Origin: a virus
Direction: 5' to 3' (one strand)
Length of the DNA stretch: 64,000 nucleotides
Virus record (IMG/VR): IMGVR_UViG_3300029171_000001
Shown: piece after piece, positions 17,077-26,960 of the stretch
Numbering within the stretch: the first letter of the stretch is position 1
Layout of the letters: each line of letters starts with the position of its first letter
The notes under the pieces: generated by a model
Told to the model about the DNA's origin: nothing
The model's input: the letters and a program-made list of their open reading frames with translations, nothing else
Databases searched by the model: none
Program-made: the position numbers and the translations under genes

Positions 17077-18888
17077 TTACTTACCCATCACAATCTCAAC
17101 ACGACGATTTTTCGCACGTCCAGCGTTGGTGTTGTTGTCAGCAATTGGATCTTGTGGCCCCTTACCTAATACTCTCGCAAAACGTGAGCTAGGATAGTTT
17201 TCAGAAGATTTATTTTGTAACCAATTTTTTACTGCATCGGCACGATCTTGTGAAAGTTGACTATTTACATCAGCACTACCAGTATTATCAGTATAACCAA
17301 GAATCTCAATTTGAAGACCGTTTGCAATATTCAATTCATCGAATAAATCGTTAAGAGTTTTTTCTGCTGCAGGTGTAAATCTTGCACTACCAGTTTCAAA
17401 CTCAATCTTCCAAACACGTTTTGCAACAGTTTCCTTGATTTCGCTTGTTTGGTTATACACAATTTTATCAGCAGAAGTAATTGATGTAGCTCTATTTCTT
17501 GCACCTTGCAAATAACTAAGATCAAGAATTTCGTTGATATCTGGGTATGTAGCAACATATTCAGGATACAAACTACTTACAACATCACCGAATTTTTTAT
17601 ACACAGATGCATACACATTTGTTTTGCTTTGACCAATACCAAACAACTCAAGGTTATCTGAAAGGTTATGAACACGTGAACCACCTAGGTCAACAATGTT
17701 ATTATTAGAGTTGTCAATTTGCTTAGCACCTTTGTAGTATTTAACCCAGTAATTTCCATCACCTTCGTTATATACTTTTGCGCTAAGTTCGCCAGCTTTA
17801 TTAAGGGCCTCAGGATAAGTTTTTACTTGATCACCAGCTGCAGACACTGCAAGAATAAAGTTTTCAACAGTCTTACGATTATCTTGTAACCATTTCTTAA
17901 TACCAATCACTACGTTAGGCATTTGAGCACGGTATTCAGCAGTAGATACTATACGAACAAGACCACCTTTTTTCTCAACAACGTTAACGTCACCAGGAGT
18001 CCATGTAGTAGTACAATCTACAGTAATGCGCTTCTTTTCTCCTGTTTTTACAGTCTTTCCAGTTTGTGGGTCAACTTTTACAACAGGTCTTTCCTCAGAG
18101 TAACCAGTGATGTATTTCTCGGCAGCTTCCAAGAAACCTGAACAACCAACGAAGTTCATAGCATCAGGATTGTAGGTTTTTTCGTCAGTGTTGATAGGAA
18201 TACCATTGTCACCGCACCATTTAATAACGATATTCCAATCACCATCACGCAATACTGCAGAACAAACTGCACCTCTTGCTTTTTGAGGATTAGATTTAAT
18301 TTCTGGTGATGCCATAAACGCATCTTCACCTTGAGATTTACCACAAGAGAATACAATTTGCGCAATGTATTCATCACCAAGTTTTCTTAATTCGTTATTA
18401 ATACCAGCGAGTAAAGCAGGGGCACCATCACCCATAATAGCGAACAAATTGGTGCCAACAGCTGTGGCTGGATTGTTTTTGTAATCATTGGCGAACTTAA
18501 TTAAATTTTGACCCATTTGATTACAGTCATCCTGGCGATTTATAGTAAGATTTACACCATTGAGTTGCATTAAACTACCTTCTGTAGTATTTGCACCACC
18601 GTTGGCATAAATTAAACCCATTTGAGAGTTCCAAGCCATGATATCCATATTTACTTTTTGTGAATTTACCGTCGCAATTTGATCTGACGGAAGTGGTACA
18701 AACTTCACAGTTCCTCCAGCAATGTCTTTGGGCGCATCAGGAAGAACCACTGAAGCAACTTGCACCGTTTGTTTTATTTCTTTCGGGAAGAACAACTCTG
18801 TATTCACAACTAAGTGAACGATACAAATTGCAACTGCAACGCATACAGCAATCATGATGAGTTTGAATGATCTTTTTACTTGTGCCAT
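17077..18888 (-). CDS. substrate-binding-like domain fused to C-terminal OmpA domain
   Basis: N-terminal anchor; GYTDNTG, LSQDRADAV, NRRVEI. Confidence 0.85.
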   Translation of the reverse strand: MAQVKRSFKLIMIAVCVAVAICIVHLVVNTELFFPKEIKQTVQVASVVLPDAPKDIAGGTVKFVPLPSDQIATVNSQKVNMDIMAWNSQMGLIYANGGANTTEGSLMQLNGVNLTINRQDDCNQMGQNLIKFANDYKNNPATAVGTNLFAIMGDGAPALLAGINNELRKLGDEYIAQIVFSCGKSQGEDAFMASPEIKSNPQKARGAVCSAVLRDGDWNIVIKWCGDNGIPINTDEKTYNPDAMNFVGCSGFLEAAEKYITGYSEERPVVKVDPQTGKTVKTGEKKRITVDCTTTWTPGDVNVVEKKGGLVRIVSTAEYRAQMPNVVIGIKKWLQDNRKTVENFILAVSAAGDQVKTYPEALNKAGELSAKVYNEGDGNYWVKYYKGAKQIDNSNNNIVDLGGSRVHNLSDNLELFGIGQSKTNVYASVYKKFGDVVSSLYPEYVATYPDINEILDLSYLQGARNRATSITSADKIVYNQTSEIKETVAKRVWKIEFETGSARFTPAAEKTLNDLFDELNIANGLQIEILGYTDNTGSADVNSQLSQDRADAVKNWLQNKSSENYPSSRFARVLGKGPQDPIADNNTNAGRAKNRRVEIVMGK

Positions 18889-18962
18889 TTTTCTTTTTTT
18901 TTAATTGTTTATTGTTTATTTTAGTGTATGTTATACGTTCTTAAATTTAAAAGGTTGCAGTT

Positions 18963-19994
18963 TTAAAAAAACTTTTTTGATTTTTCGCCTTGTTTAACAA
19001 TAGCTTTCAGTTTTTCTGGCTCTGCGGTTCCAGATAGTTTATCAAGGTTTTCGTAAACACTACCAGCATTTAAATTTTTTTGAGCTGGGGTTTCTCCAAA
19101 AATTGTATCGAGACCTTTTTTATCGAACTCTTCAAGCATTTTCATACCTCTTTCTTCAAAGATAGCATTGTCAAGATCCACACTATTAATGAACTCGCTA
19201 GAAGCCTCCAACATTCTTTCCATTTCCCCTACTTTGAATGCGTTGTCATCTACAACGTATTGCATAGCTTGGTCAAATAAAGCCTTCTTGTCTCCATCGC
19301 CTTTGATAATATCAAGAGCAGCGCTCATTGCTGAGTAACCCTTGGTGATGGATTCACGCTCGTCTTTTTTAATTTCAACAATGTTCTCTGTACGCTTAAT
19401 CATAATACCAGAATAGTATTCCATTTTCTTTAAAACTTCATACAAGACTGTGATTTTATTAAACAACACTTCGAGCTTTTTTACATACTCCATTGCTGCT
19501 TCCGCATTTTGAGCATACAATCTAACCTCAACCTCTGGTTTACCCATTTTTCTTGCAGTACTAGCTCTTTCAAGATCGGTTTTATATTTTTCTTGACGAT
19601 CAGATATTTTTTGTTTTAATTTAGAACGCTGTCCATTTAAAGAATTTATTTGCGCATTTACTTTAACTTGTTTTTTTCTCAAATCTTCAATGTGTCCCTC
19701 CAGTATTGCAATTGGATTTAACTCAACTGCCATACTTGCAAAACCACGACACAAAGCTTGAAACATGTAAGAAATTGTTGCTTGAACTTTTCCATTTGTA
19801 ATGAAAGCGATCAAGAAAAACAAAACAGCTCCAGCGATAATCAAATTCACTGTATTCCATGCAATGGCTGTTAAAATTGGAAATAGAGCATAAGCAGCCC
19901 ACCCAAGTAGACCAACCAAAATAGGCATTACAACCCACTTACCCGCTTTACCCTCTGGACGTTGCCAAAAGGATTTAATTGTAGATTCTGACAT
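18963..19994 (-). CDS. PspA/IM30-like membrane-anchored coiled-coil protein
   Basis: Two TM helices, then a long heptad coiled coil. Confidence 0.55.
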   Translation of the reverse strand: MSESTIKSFWQRPEGKAGKWVVMPILVGLLGWAAYALFPILTAIAWNTVNLIIAGAVLFFLIAFITNGKVQATISYMFQALCRGFASMAVELNPIAILEGHIEDLRKKQVKVNAQINSLNGQRSKLKQKISDRQEKYKTDLERASTARKMGKPEVEVRLYAQNAEAAMEYVKKLEVLFNKITVLYEVLKKMEYYSGIMIKRTENIVEIKKDERESITKGYSAMSAALDIIKGDGDKKALFDQAMQYVVDDNAFKVGEMERMLEASSEFINSVDLDNAIFEERGMKMLEEFDKKGLDTIFGETPAQKNLNAGSVYENLDKLSGTAEPEKLKAIVKQGEKSKKFF

Positions 19995-20008
19995 CTTCGT
20001 TTTGTTTT

Positions 20009-20743
20009 TTAGTTAATGTAATTTTTAATGTTTTCTTTGTCCAACATGATTTGAGCCTTAACAACTTCAAGAGTAACATTGAAATTGTTTTCAGTCGCTT
20101 TAATGTTTTGCTCGGCGATTGCCGCAGATTGGTTTAACTCTCCAATACCAGTTTGAAGTTCATTAATCTGCGATTGAATTTTTGCAATTTGCTCTTGTTT
20201 GGAAACAATCTCAGCATTTTTGTTTTCAACCTCTTTGTGACGTTGAGTAACTTCATGCTCGATTTCTCTGCGCATCTCTTCTTCGAATTCAGATTTTTGA
20301 GAATCCAACTCTTTAATATAGAAGTCAGCAGTTTCAAGAAGGCGTTCTTTTGTGATCGAACTGTTTGCTTTTAATGATGCAAAAGCTGATTGATATTTGA
20401 GCGGATCGCTCATACCAGCGATATTGTCAAGACCTTTTTTCGCTTTAGAAAACTCAAGGTAGTCTACACCTTCCAGGTTTTTTTCTTCCATGTGTGCAAC
20501 AAACCCAGCGAAAAGCTTCTCGTCAAATTGCCCCTTGTTAAAAGATGGCATAATTTGATTTGTTGCCACATTTGAATACACAAACTTTGAGGCTTGCGGT
20601 TCGCCAACTGACGTTTGTGGCGCATTTTGTGAAGATGAACTAGACTCTTCAGTGTTTGTTTCTTCTTCTAATGCAATTGATTTTACTTTGTCCCAAAAAC
20701 CCTTTTTCTTTGTGGGTGTTGGTTCTGTTTTTTTCTCTGCCAT
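20009..20743 (-). CDS. coiled-coil protein of the membrane module
   Basis: 244 aa, acidic N-terminus, C-terminal coiled coil. Confidence 0.7.
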   Translation of the reverse strand: MAEKKTEPTPTKKKGFWDKVKSIALEEETNTEESSSSSQNAPQTSVGEPQASKFVYSNVATNQIMPSFNKGQFDEKLFAGFVAHMEEKNLEGVDYLEFSKAKKGLDNIAGMSDPLKYQSAFASLKANSSITKERLLETADFYIKELDSQKSEFEEEMRREIEHEVTQRHKEVENKNAEIVSKQEQIAKIQSQINELQTGIGELNQSAAIAEQNIKATENNFNVTLEVVKAQIMLDKENIKNYIN

Positions 20744-20840
20744 TGTTATTTGGTTTTAATATAAGTGTTAGTTATACGAGCAAAAATAAGAAAAGTTGCA
20801 GAATCCTGCAACTTTTTTTTAAAATAATAAAAAGACTTAT

Positions 20841-21275
20841 TTATTCGTTCCCGAATATCTCTAGTTTTTTGGATAAAACCACTTTACAAGTATCATTCTC
20901 AACCACATACCTCATGGTTTTAAATTTACCAGTAGCAAATTCATTTGTTGTAAATTTTAACACAGAAGTATTTGCATCTACCGATGCCAACTTTAAATTG
21001 TAATTGTATTGATAACCCTTCAAAGCTGATTCAATAGCTTCTTTGCCATAAGTGTCGATTGATTCTTTGGAAACAAACTTCATAGCCATATCGTAGTTTT
21101 GAGTTCTCAACATAGACAAGAAAAATGAACCAAAATCAGACCCAGACATAAAAGCAGGGTTTGCAAATTCAACACCAGATTCAACCTTTGGCGCTGAAAC
21201 CACGGTGTTAGATACCTCTTTGGCACCACAAGACACCAAAAAAACAACAAATAAAGATACAACTAAATTTTTCAT
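20841..21275 (-). CDS. lipoprotein
   Basis: Lipobox LVSC at residue 16. Confidence 0.7.
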   Translation of the reverse strand: MKNLVVSLFVVFLVSCGAKEVSNTVVSAPKVESGVEFANPAFMSGSDFGSFFLSMLRTQNYDMAMKFVSKESIDTYGKEAIESALKGYQYNYNLKLASVDANTSVLKFTTNEFATGKFKTMRYVVENDTCKVVLSKKLEIFGNE

Positions 21276-21328
21276 ATAACTTGTTTTATATAGTTATACG
21301 CCTTTATTTATAAAAGGTTGCAAAAAAC

Positions 21329-21949
21329 TTAAGATTTAACAATTGCGTGTTCAGACCAGAATTGAACTGATTTTGCGTATGCATCTCTGTCAATAGGAAC
21401 ACCAGACCCACCCTCTGACATACCAAGAGCATTTCTCAGCATTGTGGCTGGCGGCATAGGTTCTTCATTGGGATGAGATTGTGCGAGAATTGCAACAACA
21501 CCCCAATCAGCTTCAAATGGTGGTTCTATATGTTCTGGAATAATAGCTGTAGCTTCATTTTCTTTGTTAATTTGCTCTCTAGAATAAACGACAACAATAA
21601 GCCACTCTGCCACAGGAGCAGCTAAAGGTAGTTCAAACCAGCGTGAAAACACAGGGAGTTCATTTGGGGTTCTTGCCGAATAACCAGATCGCAAATATTG
21701 ATAATTGGCCATGTCAATTTTCATGGTGCCAACCCTGGCGTTTGTAAAATTCGGAATAGCAATAAGCTTACAGAATGATGCATAGCCATCCATAAGTTTA
21801 GTCACAGTTGATGCTTCCCCAAGGCCCAAAACTTTTTCATTAATTGTCTGCTCAAACTCCTCTGGGGTCACATCAGTGATCTTGGTTCCTGAAAATTTTT
21901 TGTCGAAATGACGAAGACTAAACGGGGTAAGTTTTATTTTTCCAAACAT
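21329..21949 (-). CDS. DUF3228-family protein
   Basis: DGYA.FCK, LRSGYSARTPNELPV..RWF, YSREQI, RNALG..EGGSGVP. Confidence 0.8.
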   Translation of the reverse strand: MFGKIKLTPFSLRHFDKKFSGTKITDVTPEEFEQTINEKVLGLGEASTVTKLMDGYASFCKLIAIPNFTNARVGTMKIDMANYQYLRSGYSARTPNELPVFSRWFELPLAAPVAEWLIVVVYSREQINKENEATAIIPEHIEPPFEADWGVVAILAQSHPNEEPMPPATMLRNALGMSEGGSGVPIDRDAYAKSVQFWSEHAIVKS

Positions 21950-22115
21950 AGCTATTAATTAATTTTTAATTCTTTTTTTGCTTGATAACGCACTTTTCTT
22001 TTTGAAAGTTTTATATGAGATTTAGATTTTTTACGACCACGTAATTCTCCCATTTTTTTGGCAACATTATTATTCATCACATTTGCTTATACGTGGAAAA
22101 AACAAAAAAGTTACA

Positions 22116-22661
22116 CTACACAATTCCAATTCCAGCTTTTTTTAGCTCTTTTTTTTCTTCTTTTGTTAGTTTTTCTCCATCTCTTATTTTTTCCAGCAAC
22201 TCTATGGCTCGCTCATTAATTTGTCTTTGTTTTTCTATTTTTTTAAACTCAGACGAAGAAACTTTTATAGCTTCTCTTATAGTAAAATGCCACCCAGAAT
22301 TTTCAGCATCTTTAATTAACTCATCATCACTTTCATGTTTATTCATTGGAAAAGGGAAAGCGCCTGCAGAAAATTCTTCACCAGATTTATCTTTATGCAA
22401 TTTTTGAAACCCATTTTCCCTTAGGTGATCATCTTCATCAGTATAATAAATGTGAATAACTGTGTCCTCTGGTAATTCCCTTATTTCTTTAAAAGTTAAT
22501 ATTTTTCCGCTCTTATAATTTACTATTGGTTTTGGAAAATTAGCTTCAAATATTTTATTACCCAGATCTTCTCCAACAATTTTAGTTAAAGATTTTTTTA
22601 TCTCTTTTTTTAGTTTATTCATGATATGCCTATGACGTGTTAACACATCAAAGATAATCAA
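22116..22661 (-). CDS. hypothetical protein
   Basis: 181-aa ORF. Confidence 0.7.
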   Translation of the reverse strand: MIIFDVLTRHRHIMNKLKKEIKKSLTKIVGEDLGNKIFEANFPKPIVNYKSGKILTFKEIRELPEDTVIHIYYTDEDDHLRENGFQKLHKDKSGEEFSAGAFPFPMNKHESDDELIKDAENSGWHFTIREAIKVSSSEFKKIEKQRQINERAIELLEKIRDGEKLTKEEKKELKKAGIGIV

Positions 22662-22682
22662 TAAATTTCAAATAGTATAAAC

Positions 22683-23021
22683 TTATTTTACCACGTAAAC
22701 ATATTTCCCATTATCAAGCTGGGTTAAATGTTGTGGGGCACGATACAAGTTTGGGCCAGAATGTGTTGTGGCCGATACATAAAATGTCAATATTTCGCCA
22801 TCTGTCTTTTGGACCTTGCACATCCAACCACCGTTGTTTGTTTTTTTAGCATCCTCAACAGCTTTTAATTCATAATTTTCACAATCCCTGGAAATGCACT
22901 CGTAAAACACATCCCCCTTTTTCAAGCTTTTCAATTCCAAGTAGTAATCACTAAAATTTTCTCCAAAATTAAACATCTCTGGAGAAAAAATTTTTGTTGT
23001 TTTCTTCATAATTCTCTTCAA
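22683..23021 (-). CDS. hypothetical protein
   Basis: 112-aa ORF. Confidence 0.7.
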   Translation of the reverse strand: MKRIMKKTTKIFSPEMFNFGENFSDYYLELKSLKKGDVFYECISRDCENYELKAVEDAKKTNNGGWMCKVQKTDGEILTFYVSATTHSGPNLYRAPQHLTQLDNGKYVYVVK

Positions 23022-23143
23022 TTAATTATAAGTAAAGAACTTTTGTTTGTCTTTTATAAATATTTACAAGTTTATCAAAAGACAAGAAAACCAATAAAAA
23101 ATGGGCCTTTCAGCCCATTTTATTCAATTTGATAATCAATAGT

Positions 23144-23761
23144 TTACACAACCTGGCTTTCATGTATAGCCTCGTAAAGTTGAACCTGTTTGAACAGGCT
23201 GTATTTTAAATTTTCATAAAAGGCCTCTTGCTCAGGGAACGCCCTTTTAGCCCTTTTCAACATTACAATGACATAATCCCTTGTTTCTTTAATGTACGCC
23301 TTTTGTTTTTCTATTGTCATACCATTTAGCATGGTAGAGATATTATGATCCCTATCAAGAGCCTTTACAACAGAAACAACTGGGTCTTCTGCCATAGCTG
23401 GATAATAAATATCATTTGGTATTTTTACACCAGCACGTACTTTACTTACCTTGTTAACCTTTTCCGCAACAACTTTACCAAACATTTCATTAATAACTTC
23501 AATTGTAACTTCTTCTATATCTTCCACAGTATCGTGAAGAAAAATTACAATAAACGTTAGCTCTGGATATAACAAAGAATCTATTAATGTGCGACAATAC
23601 AAGGCTTGCATAACTTGATGAGAAAATTCAGGCTGACCATCTCTGCGAAGACCATTGTGGTGAATTTCTGCAAAATTCATAGCCTTCACAGCTTGATTAA
23701 ATCCTTTTCCAATCAACCAATACCTAAGGGCGATCTTATTTTTTTCGTAATCTGGTTTCAT
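23144..23761 (-). CDS. RelA/SpoT-type HD hydrolase (small alarmone hydrolase-like)
   Basis: FAEIHHNGLRRDGQPEFSH, LHDTVED, VKALDRDHN. Confidence 0.8.
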   Translation of the reverse strand: MKPDYEKNKIALRYWLIGKGFNQAVKAMNFAEIHHNGLRRDGQPEFSHQVMQALYCRTLIDSLLYPELTFIVIFLHDTVEDIEEVTIEVINEMFGKVVAEKVNKVSKVRAGVKIPNDIYYPAMAEDPVVSVVKALDRDHNISTMLNGMTIEKQKAYIKETRDYVIVMLKRAKRAFPEQEAFYENLKYSLFKQVQLYEAIHESQVV

Positions 23762-23762
23762 A

Positions 23763-24572
23763 TTATTGTTGTCTATAAATTGTTCTTTTTAAATCCCAAC
23801 CATGTGGTAAAAATTGAGGATTTACATGTTCTATAAAATGTGTTCTCCACATTTCTACAAAAGCCTGCAAATCCTTTACTTGTGACATTACAAGTTGAGC
23901 GTGTTCATATTCTGAATTGGTATCTTTCTTGTAATCCAAATTAGAAGCTTTAACCAAATCTTCACTTGTATAATTTTCGTTCCCAAAATACAAAAAAAGA
24001 TTATTGTTCAACACTTCTTTTTTTTCATCTGGAATTGAATTCCACATATTTAATTTCAAATAAGCCGCAGTCTTTGCGTTTTTAAATACAATCTTTTGCT
24101 TGGACATTTTATTATGTAATGGGGCATTGTATTGTTTAGCTATTGAATGCTTGAGCTCATCAGCTTTGGTTTCATAATTAGCGTGATGCTCATGACACAA
24201 AGGCATTATATCTATCGAACTGGACTGTTTTATTTCAATAGGCATAAATTTTCTATACGAATAAGGTACTATGTGATGCTTAGTTAGAACAGAAACATCT
24301 TTGTTACCACATTGGACACATATATTTTCTTTTTGAGATAAATAATACGGATCTCCATTCCACCCCTCTTTTTTTGGCTTAAATGTAAGTTGAATAACAG
24401 GTGGTTCTTCAGAAATAATCTTGGCTAGACTTCTTGTTAAATACCAATCCGCTTTTTTCTTTAAACACCTAAACATTTCGGCCCCAGTATCCGATAATAC
24501 CAAGTAATTGCCATAAATCTCATTCTTGCGTCTGGATTTATCGAAATTTTCAAATCTTTTATCGTGTCCCAT
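23763..24572 (-). CDS. HNH-like protein resembling the EXD2 C-terminal domain
   Basis: KKADWYL, SEEP..I.L.F.P, KENICVQCG, HHIVPYSYRK, LCHEHH. Confidence 0.65.
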   Translation of the reverse strand: MGHDKRFENFDKSRRKNEIYGNYLVLSDTGAEMFRCLKKKADWYLTRSLAKIISEEPPVIQLTFKPKKEGWNGDPYYLSQKENICVQCGNKDVSVLTKHHIVPYSYRKFMPIEIKQSSSIDIMPLCHEHHANYETKADELKHSIAKQYNAPLHNKMSKQKIVFKNAKTAAYLKLNMWNSIPDEKKEVLNNNLFLYFGNENYTSEDLVKASNLDYKKDTNSEYEHAQLVMSQVKDLQAFVEMWRTHFIEHVNPQFLPHGWDLKRTIYRQQ

Positions 24573-24614
24573 CGTATATTTATAATACGAATATACGAAA
24601 AAAAGGTTTCAATT

Positions 24615-25073
24615 TTAATGTAAAATTTTATCTCCTGGCCCAACTTCTCTAATCACACCAGTTACGATCAACTTATCAATAGGTTGCCAGCTTTTTATTT
24701 CCTTACTTGCAGCTGGCTCACTCCATTTAGAAAAGGCTATTGTAATATGCGGCATTTCATTTTTAGAATAATACCCAAACGTACCAAGAGCAATCGCATT
24801 GTTAGATATACCAATAGAGGAAATTGTTAACTCAACCTCTTTATTTAAATCACCTTTAAGTTCCAATGATTGCGGAATTGGTCCCAACGAAATTGTCATA
24901 TGATAATTTCTAGGTTTTTTCCACCCCTGGTTTTTTGGTACATATTGAGCGAACAATTCCTCTATTTTTTGAATTTCTACAGAATCCTCTATGACCACCG
25001 CTGTGTAAACAACCATTTTTGGGCCATATGTTTCAAGTAAAGCGCTCTTTATAATCTCTCTAATCTTTTCCAT
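24615..25073 (-). CDS. 2H phosphoesterase (tRNA-ligase CPDase-like)
   Basis: Two HxT motifs, YHMTI and PHITI. Confidence 0.75.
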   Translation of the reverse strand: MEKIREIIKSALLETYGPKMVVYTAVVIEDSVEIQKIEELFAQYVPKNQGWKKPRNYHMTISLGPIPQSLELKGDLNKEVELTISSIGISNNAIALGTFGYYSKNEMPHITIAFSKWSEPAASKEIKSWQPIDKLIVTGVIREVGPGDKILH

Positions 25074-25076
25074 TTT

Positions 25077-26090
25077 TTACATTGGTATATTACCTGGAGG
25101 AGCAGCTTGAGTTAAAGCATATGCCAACCTTTTTTCATCTGTAAATGTCATATCAATCACCTTTGTTTCTTTAACTCTTCTACCGTCGGTGATCTGATTA
25201 TTTTCAATTACACAAACAAGATTTCCGTCTTTGTTTGTAAATTGATTTTCTATAATAAAATTAGTATCAAAACCATCATTAAATTCTTTCAATACCTCTT
25301 CAAGTTTTATTGTTTCTTTTAATTTTCTTCCACTTGCAAAATCTAAGAACCCATCAGTTATTTTTTCTTCTGATGTCATTGTAACAATGATAGTTTTATC
25401 TTTCCTTCCAAATCTAGAATTTTCAACCACACTGCTGTCTTTTATTTTAAAACTACCAGAGCCTTCTATAAAATACATTGCCCATTCATACAAATATTCT
25501 GGCAACTCTTTTTCATGCTCTCTAGTTATTGTGTGACCTGCATTAAAATTTAATTCGCCAAAAGATTTTCCTCTAAAGTGAGGATCTGGGTTTGACATCC
25601 ACTGCTTACCATTAACACTTTTTTCTGGCATTTTATTCGCATCTGTAAAAACAGCATTGGCTTGCCTTAAAGTTTCCCCAACAGTTGCATCATGATATTT
25701 TTTAAGATCCTCAAGTTTTACTTCTTCTTGTTTTCTACCATATGTGTTTCTAATTGATTTAATATTTGTGAGTGGAATTCCAGTAACTTTTGACGCATAT
25801 GCATAATCTTCTTCTCTCAAAGATTCATATGGATAGTCTACAAACTCACCCAAAAAAGATTTTTGATAATCATTTAGCTTCCACTTCAAATTATCAAATT
25901 GTTTTGGGATTGGTTTAATAATAGCACTACTTTCTGAAATTACATCCGATACAGCTGCATCCATTGCAAATATAGAACCCATAGGCCTCCTAAGTGGAGC
26001 AATTGCAACCACCCCTTTTTTCTTCTTTATCTTTTTAGCTTCAAGCGTAATGATAGAAAGAATTGTATCTATAGCCTTTTTCTTATCCAT
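25077..26090 (-). CDS. hypothetical protein
   Basis: 337-aa ORF, TATTTATA upstream. Confidence 0.75.
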   Translation of the reverse strand: MDKKKAIDTILSIITLEAKKIKKKKGVVAIAPLRRPMGSIFAMDAAVSDVISESSAIIKPIPKQFDNLKWKLNDYQKSFLGEFVDYPYESLREEDYAYASKVTGIPLTNIKSIRNTYGRKQEEVKLEDLKKYHDATVGETLRQANAVFTDANKMPEKSVNGKQWMSNPDPHFRGKSFGELNFNAGHTITREHEKELPEYLYEWAMYFIEGSGSFKIKDSSVVENSRFGRKDKTIIVTMTSEEKITDGFLDFASGRKLKETIKLEEVLKEFNDGFDTNFIIENQFTNKDGNLVCVIENNQITDGRRVKETKVIDMTFTDEKRLAYALTQAAPPGNIPM

Positions 26091-26127
26091 TTTCTACTCT
26101 TATAAATATCTAGAAAAAGGCTTAATT

Positions 26128-26832
26128 CTACCACCACATCCAAGTTGCCCCATGACGATGATTGTAGCGGAGGTCTTCATTTCCAGAATCAAAATCTCCA
26201 GATTCAATCATTTTTTTAATCTCTTGTTTATTATGTCTTCTATCAGCACGGTTAAATGTTGCACAATACCAAGATGGAGCAGATCCCCAATTCCAATAAA
26301 GTTTATGAAATTTTTGACTTCTTAATTCAGTGTTTTTTTCAGCAAGTTCTTTTGAAACATCCACATCACAAACAAGTTCATGAGTGATCCAACGAGGTTT
26401 AATTTTTTCTACAAAATAATACTCAGGAACAGTGGCAGTATATTCTTTACGCCAAGGGTTATAGTGTTTGTCAAAATGATCAACAGGTCTGAAATGTTTC
26501 TTTACCTGAGGTTTAAGGCTAATATAGGTGTTTTCGCTAATATAGCGACGATCAGGACGACGAACTTCGTAATGTCCTTTTTTATACTTAACACGGAAGT
26601 GTTTGTTTTTACCGAAAATTCTTTGAACTGTTATTTTGATAATTTCTTCAAAAACCCAGGCATCATCACGGTTTTTGATGTCTGGTCTAAGTTCATAAGT
26701 TTTGTAGTACCCATTACGATAAGGTACATCAAGCTTAACCCAACGAGTATTTTTTCGTTGAATTTCTTCAAGTTCATAAATTTCTCTTTCGAGTTTAAGT
26801 TTTTCTTTGTAGAGGTCTGTTTTTGTATTCAT
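26128..26832 (-). CDS. basic hypothetical protein
   Basis: 234 aa, Arg/Lys/Trp-rich. Confidence 0.75.
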   Translation of the reverse strand: MNTKTDLYKEKLKLEREIYELEEIQRKNTRWVKLDVPYRNGYYKTYELRPDIKNRDDAWVFEEIIKITVQRIFGKNKHFRVKYKKGHYEVRRPDRRYISENTYISLKPQVKKHFRPVDHFDKHYNPWRKEYTATVPEYYFVEKIKPRWITHELVCDVDVSKELAEKNTELRSQKFHKLYWNWGSAPSWYCATFNRADRRHNKQEIKKMIESGDFDSGNEDLRYNHRHGATWMWW

Positions 26833-26847
26833 GACGATTTAGTTTAC

Positions 26848-26892
26848 TTACCAAAATCGCCATACGCCCCCTACGCTATTTTTTATATTCAT
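26848..26892 (-). CDS. putative leader peptide MNIKNSVGGVWRFW
   Basis: After TATTTATA; 3' end pairs with the start region of the 26832 gene. Confidence 0.5.
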   Translation of the reverse strand: MNIKNSVGGVWRFW

Positions 26893-26960
26893 CACTTTAT
26901 TGACTTATTTTTTATAAATATACAAATTTTATTCCAAATATAAAACCAATTTGTTAAAAT

